Shown here: piece by piece, positions 62,311 through 64,000 of the stretch
Layout: each line of letters opens with the position of its first letter
Numbering within the stretch: the stretch's first letter is position 1
Assembly (NCBI RefSeq): GCF_004010195.1
Contig: NC_057740.1
Location: forward strand, 43,269,633-43,333,632
Length of the DNA stretch: 64,000 nt
Reading direction: 5' to 3'
Source: Chiloscyllium plagiosum
Lineage: Eukaryota
Made by a program: the position numbers and the translations under genes
The notes under the pieces: generated by a model
What the model saw: only the letters and a program-made list of their open reading frames with translations
Databases searched by the model: none
Told to the model about the DNA's origin: nothing

Positions 62311-62813
62311 AAGAAAAGAAAGAGCATTCCAGACGTGTAAATGGGTAAACACTCTGATCTGAAGATACTTAAGTTATTTCATGTGAAATGATTTCTCAGA
62401 GTCATTTCTAGCACTGTTTGTGGTTTTCAAACCACTGAACAGCGTGAGACAAATAGACTTGACATTCAAATATGGCTGTAGTCTCTTTAAATCCAAGTCT
62501 CTCTGAGGTTGGGGTCAGGGGAAGGTCAGGTGGGTTGCTGTCAGAACTGGGAGAGGGATTGGGAGTTTGTGGGAGGGGCAGGGTTGCAGAATTGATTTTG
62601 GGATTATGAAGTGACATTTGGATGAATTGAATAGAAACAGGAAGACTGCAACTGGCCATTTCTCCATTTCAAATCAATATATTGTCACATGTAGTTTGTT
62701 GTAGATCAAATTAGGGAAATTGGCCAGGAAATGGTCTTGGGATTGTGTTGTAATTGCAGGTAGTCAATGAGATACCACACTCGGTAATGGAGTCTCCTGT
62801 TAACATTCCACAG

Positions 62814-62940
62814 CCTGTCATATCCTGGAGTGTTGTGAGGGGTTAGCACAGACTGTCATCAGCACAATTGGACAGGCCTTTGAACTGAGGTTCAAACAGT
62901 ATTTGCACAGTCCCCCGAAAGTGGTTGCTCCTCTTGACAG
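62814..62940 (+). CDS. SHC2: SHC2 exon 7 (end of PTB domain); gene continues beyond the window
   Basis: AG/GT, 127 bp, [41 protein letters not shown](R). Confidence 0.96.
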
Positions 62941-63604
62941 GTAAGACGACTGAGTCTGTGTGAAACAAAATGGTGTCGTTGTGAGTTCTTCAATCTCTTT
63001 GGGGAAATCAAATAAAATGAACCTCATCACGTTGTAGTTGCTAGGCCTGTCACACTTCCTGCCTTCCCTCCTAAAGGTGCTGACTCTCACTGGGCTATGG
63101 GGTCCCCCTCCCTCTCCTGAAGGGGCTGACTCTCATTTTAACTGGTGTTGCAAATCTTGTCTGCGCACTCTCCAATATCTTAGTGTGATTCCTAAGGTTT
63201 GGTGCCCAGATCCAGACATAATCCTCTAACTGTGGCTGAACGAGTGAGCGTTTTTTACATCACCATCTGGTTCATTCACTCAATGTCCACATTGATAAAG
63301 CTGTGGCTATTGTTTGCTTTATGAACCATTCTGTCAATCTGTATGGCCACCTTCAATAACCTCTGCCCCGAAGTCCCTCTGTTCCTTTCGAATTAAGCTC
63401 TTATGGTTTGCATTATCTCCCCATGATCTTCCTAAGAAATTGAATGACTTCATATTTCTCTGTTTCATCTGCCACTTGTTTGCCCATTCCTCCAGTTGTC
63501 TGTGTCCTTTTTCAAGTCTATCACTAACCTCCTCCTAGTTGACTTGTGCTCCCAGTTTGAGTTAACTGTAAATTAATATACCTTAACAAGAGCAGGAGTC
63601 CTGA

Positions 63605-63890
63605 CACATAGTTATACAGCACGGAAACAGATCCTTCAGTCCAACTCATCCATGCAACCAGACATCCCAATGTGACCTGGTCCCATTTGCCAGCAATTAG
63701 CCCATATTCCCTCTAAATCCTTTGTATTCATATACCCATTCTAGATGCCTTTTAAATGTTGTAATTGTACCCACCTCCACCACTTCCTCTGGTAGCTTAT
63801 TCATATACGCACCACCCTCTGTGTGAAAAAGTTGCCCTTCAGGTCCGTTTTAAATCTTTTCCCTCTCACCTTTAACCTATGCCCTCTAGT
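63605..63890 (-). mobile_element. CR1 3' tail fragment (similar ones at 55780-56150 and 58205-58460)
   Basis: Same tail sequence as 7665-7950. Confidence 0.8.
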
Positions 63891-64000
63891 TTTGCACATG
63901 ATCAAAGATTTGACTGACTATCTGCTGCTTTGATTGTAATATGTATTTCTCCGCTGGATGGATGTAGGATGAATGGCAGTGAGGAGTCTGCCTGGGGTGA

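Overview
Vertebrate nuclear DNA, almost certainly from a cartilaginous fish (shark): it carries HE1-type SINEs and a dense load of CR1 and Penelope-like retroelements. There are three intron-containing genes. (1) The last three coding exons of UBA52 (ubiquitin-eL40 fusion, +, 5542-7427). (2) A complete two-exon protease-activated receptor most like PAR4/F2RL3 (-, 23150-10264, about 371 aa), with an atypical tethered-ligand site and altered pocket residues. (3) Exons 1-7 of SHC2 (+, 47713-62940, continuing past the window). Most of the rest is nested, decayed retroelements: CR1, an L2/Crack-like LINE apparently carrying a tRNA-like head, Penelope-like elements (PLEs), SINEs, one Tigger-like MITE, minisatellites and seven N gaps. 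The strongest non-coding signal is a set of minimal type-I hammerhead ribozyme motifs in PLE pseudo-LTRs. They form three sequence families with covarying stems and a palindromic helix III. Several sit in short fold-back (tail-to-tail) insertions bounded by 9-18 bp target duplications. All assignments come from reading the sequence and from recalled family consensus sequences; no searches were run.
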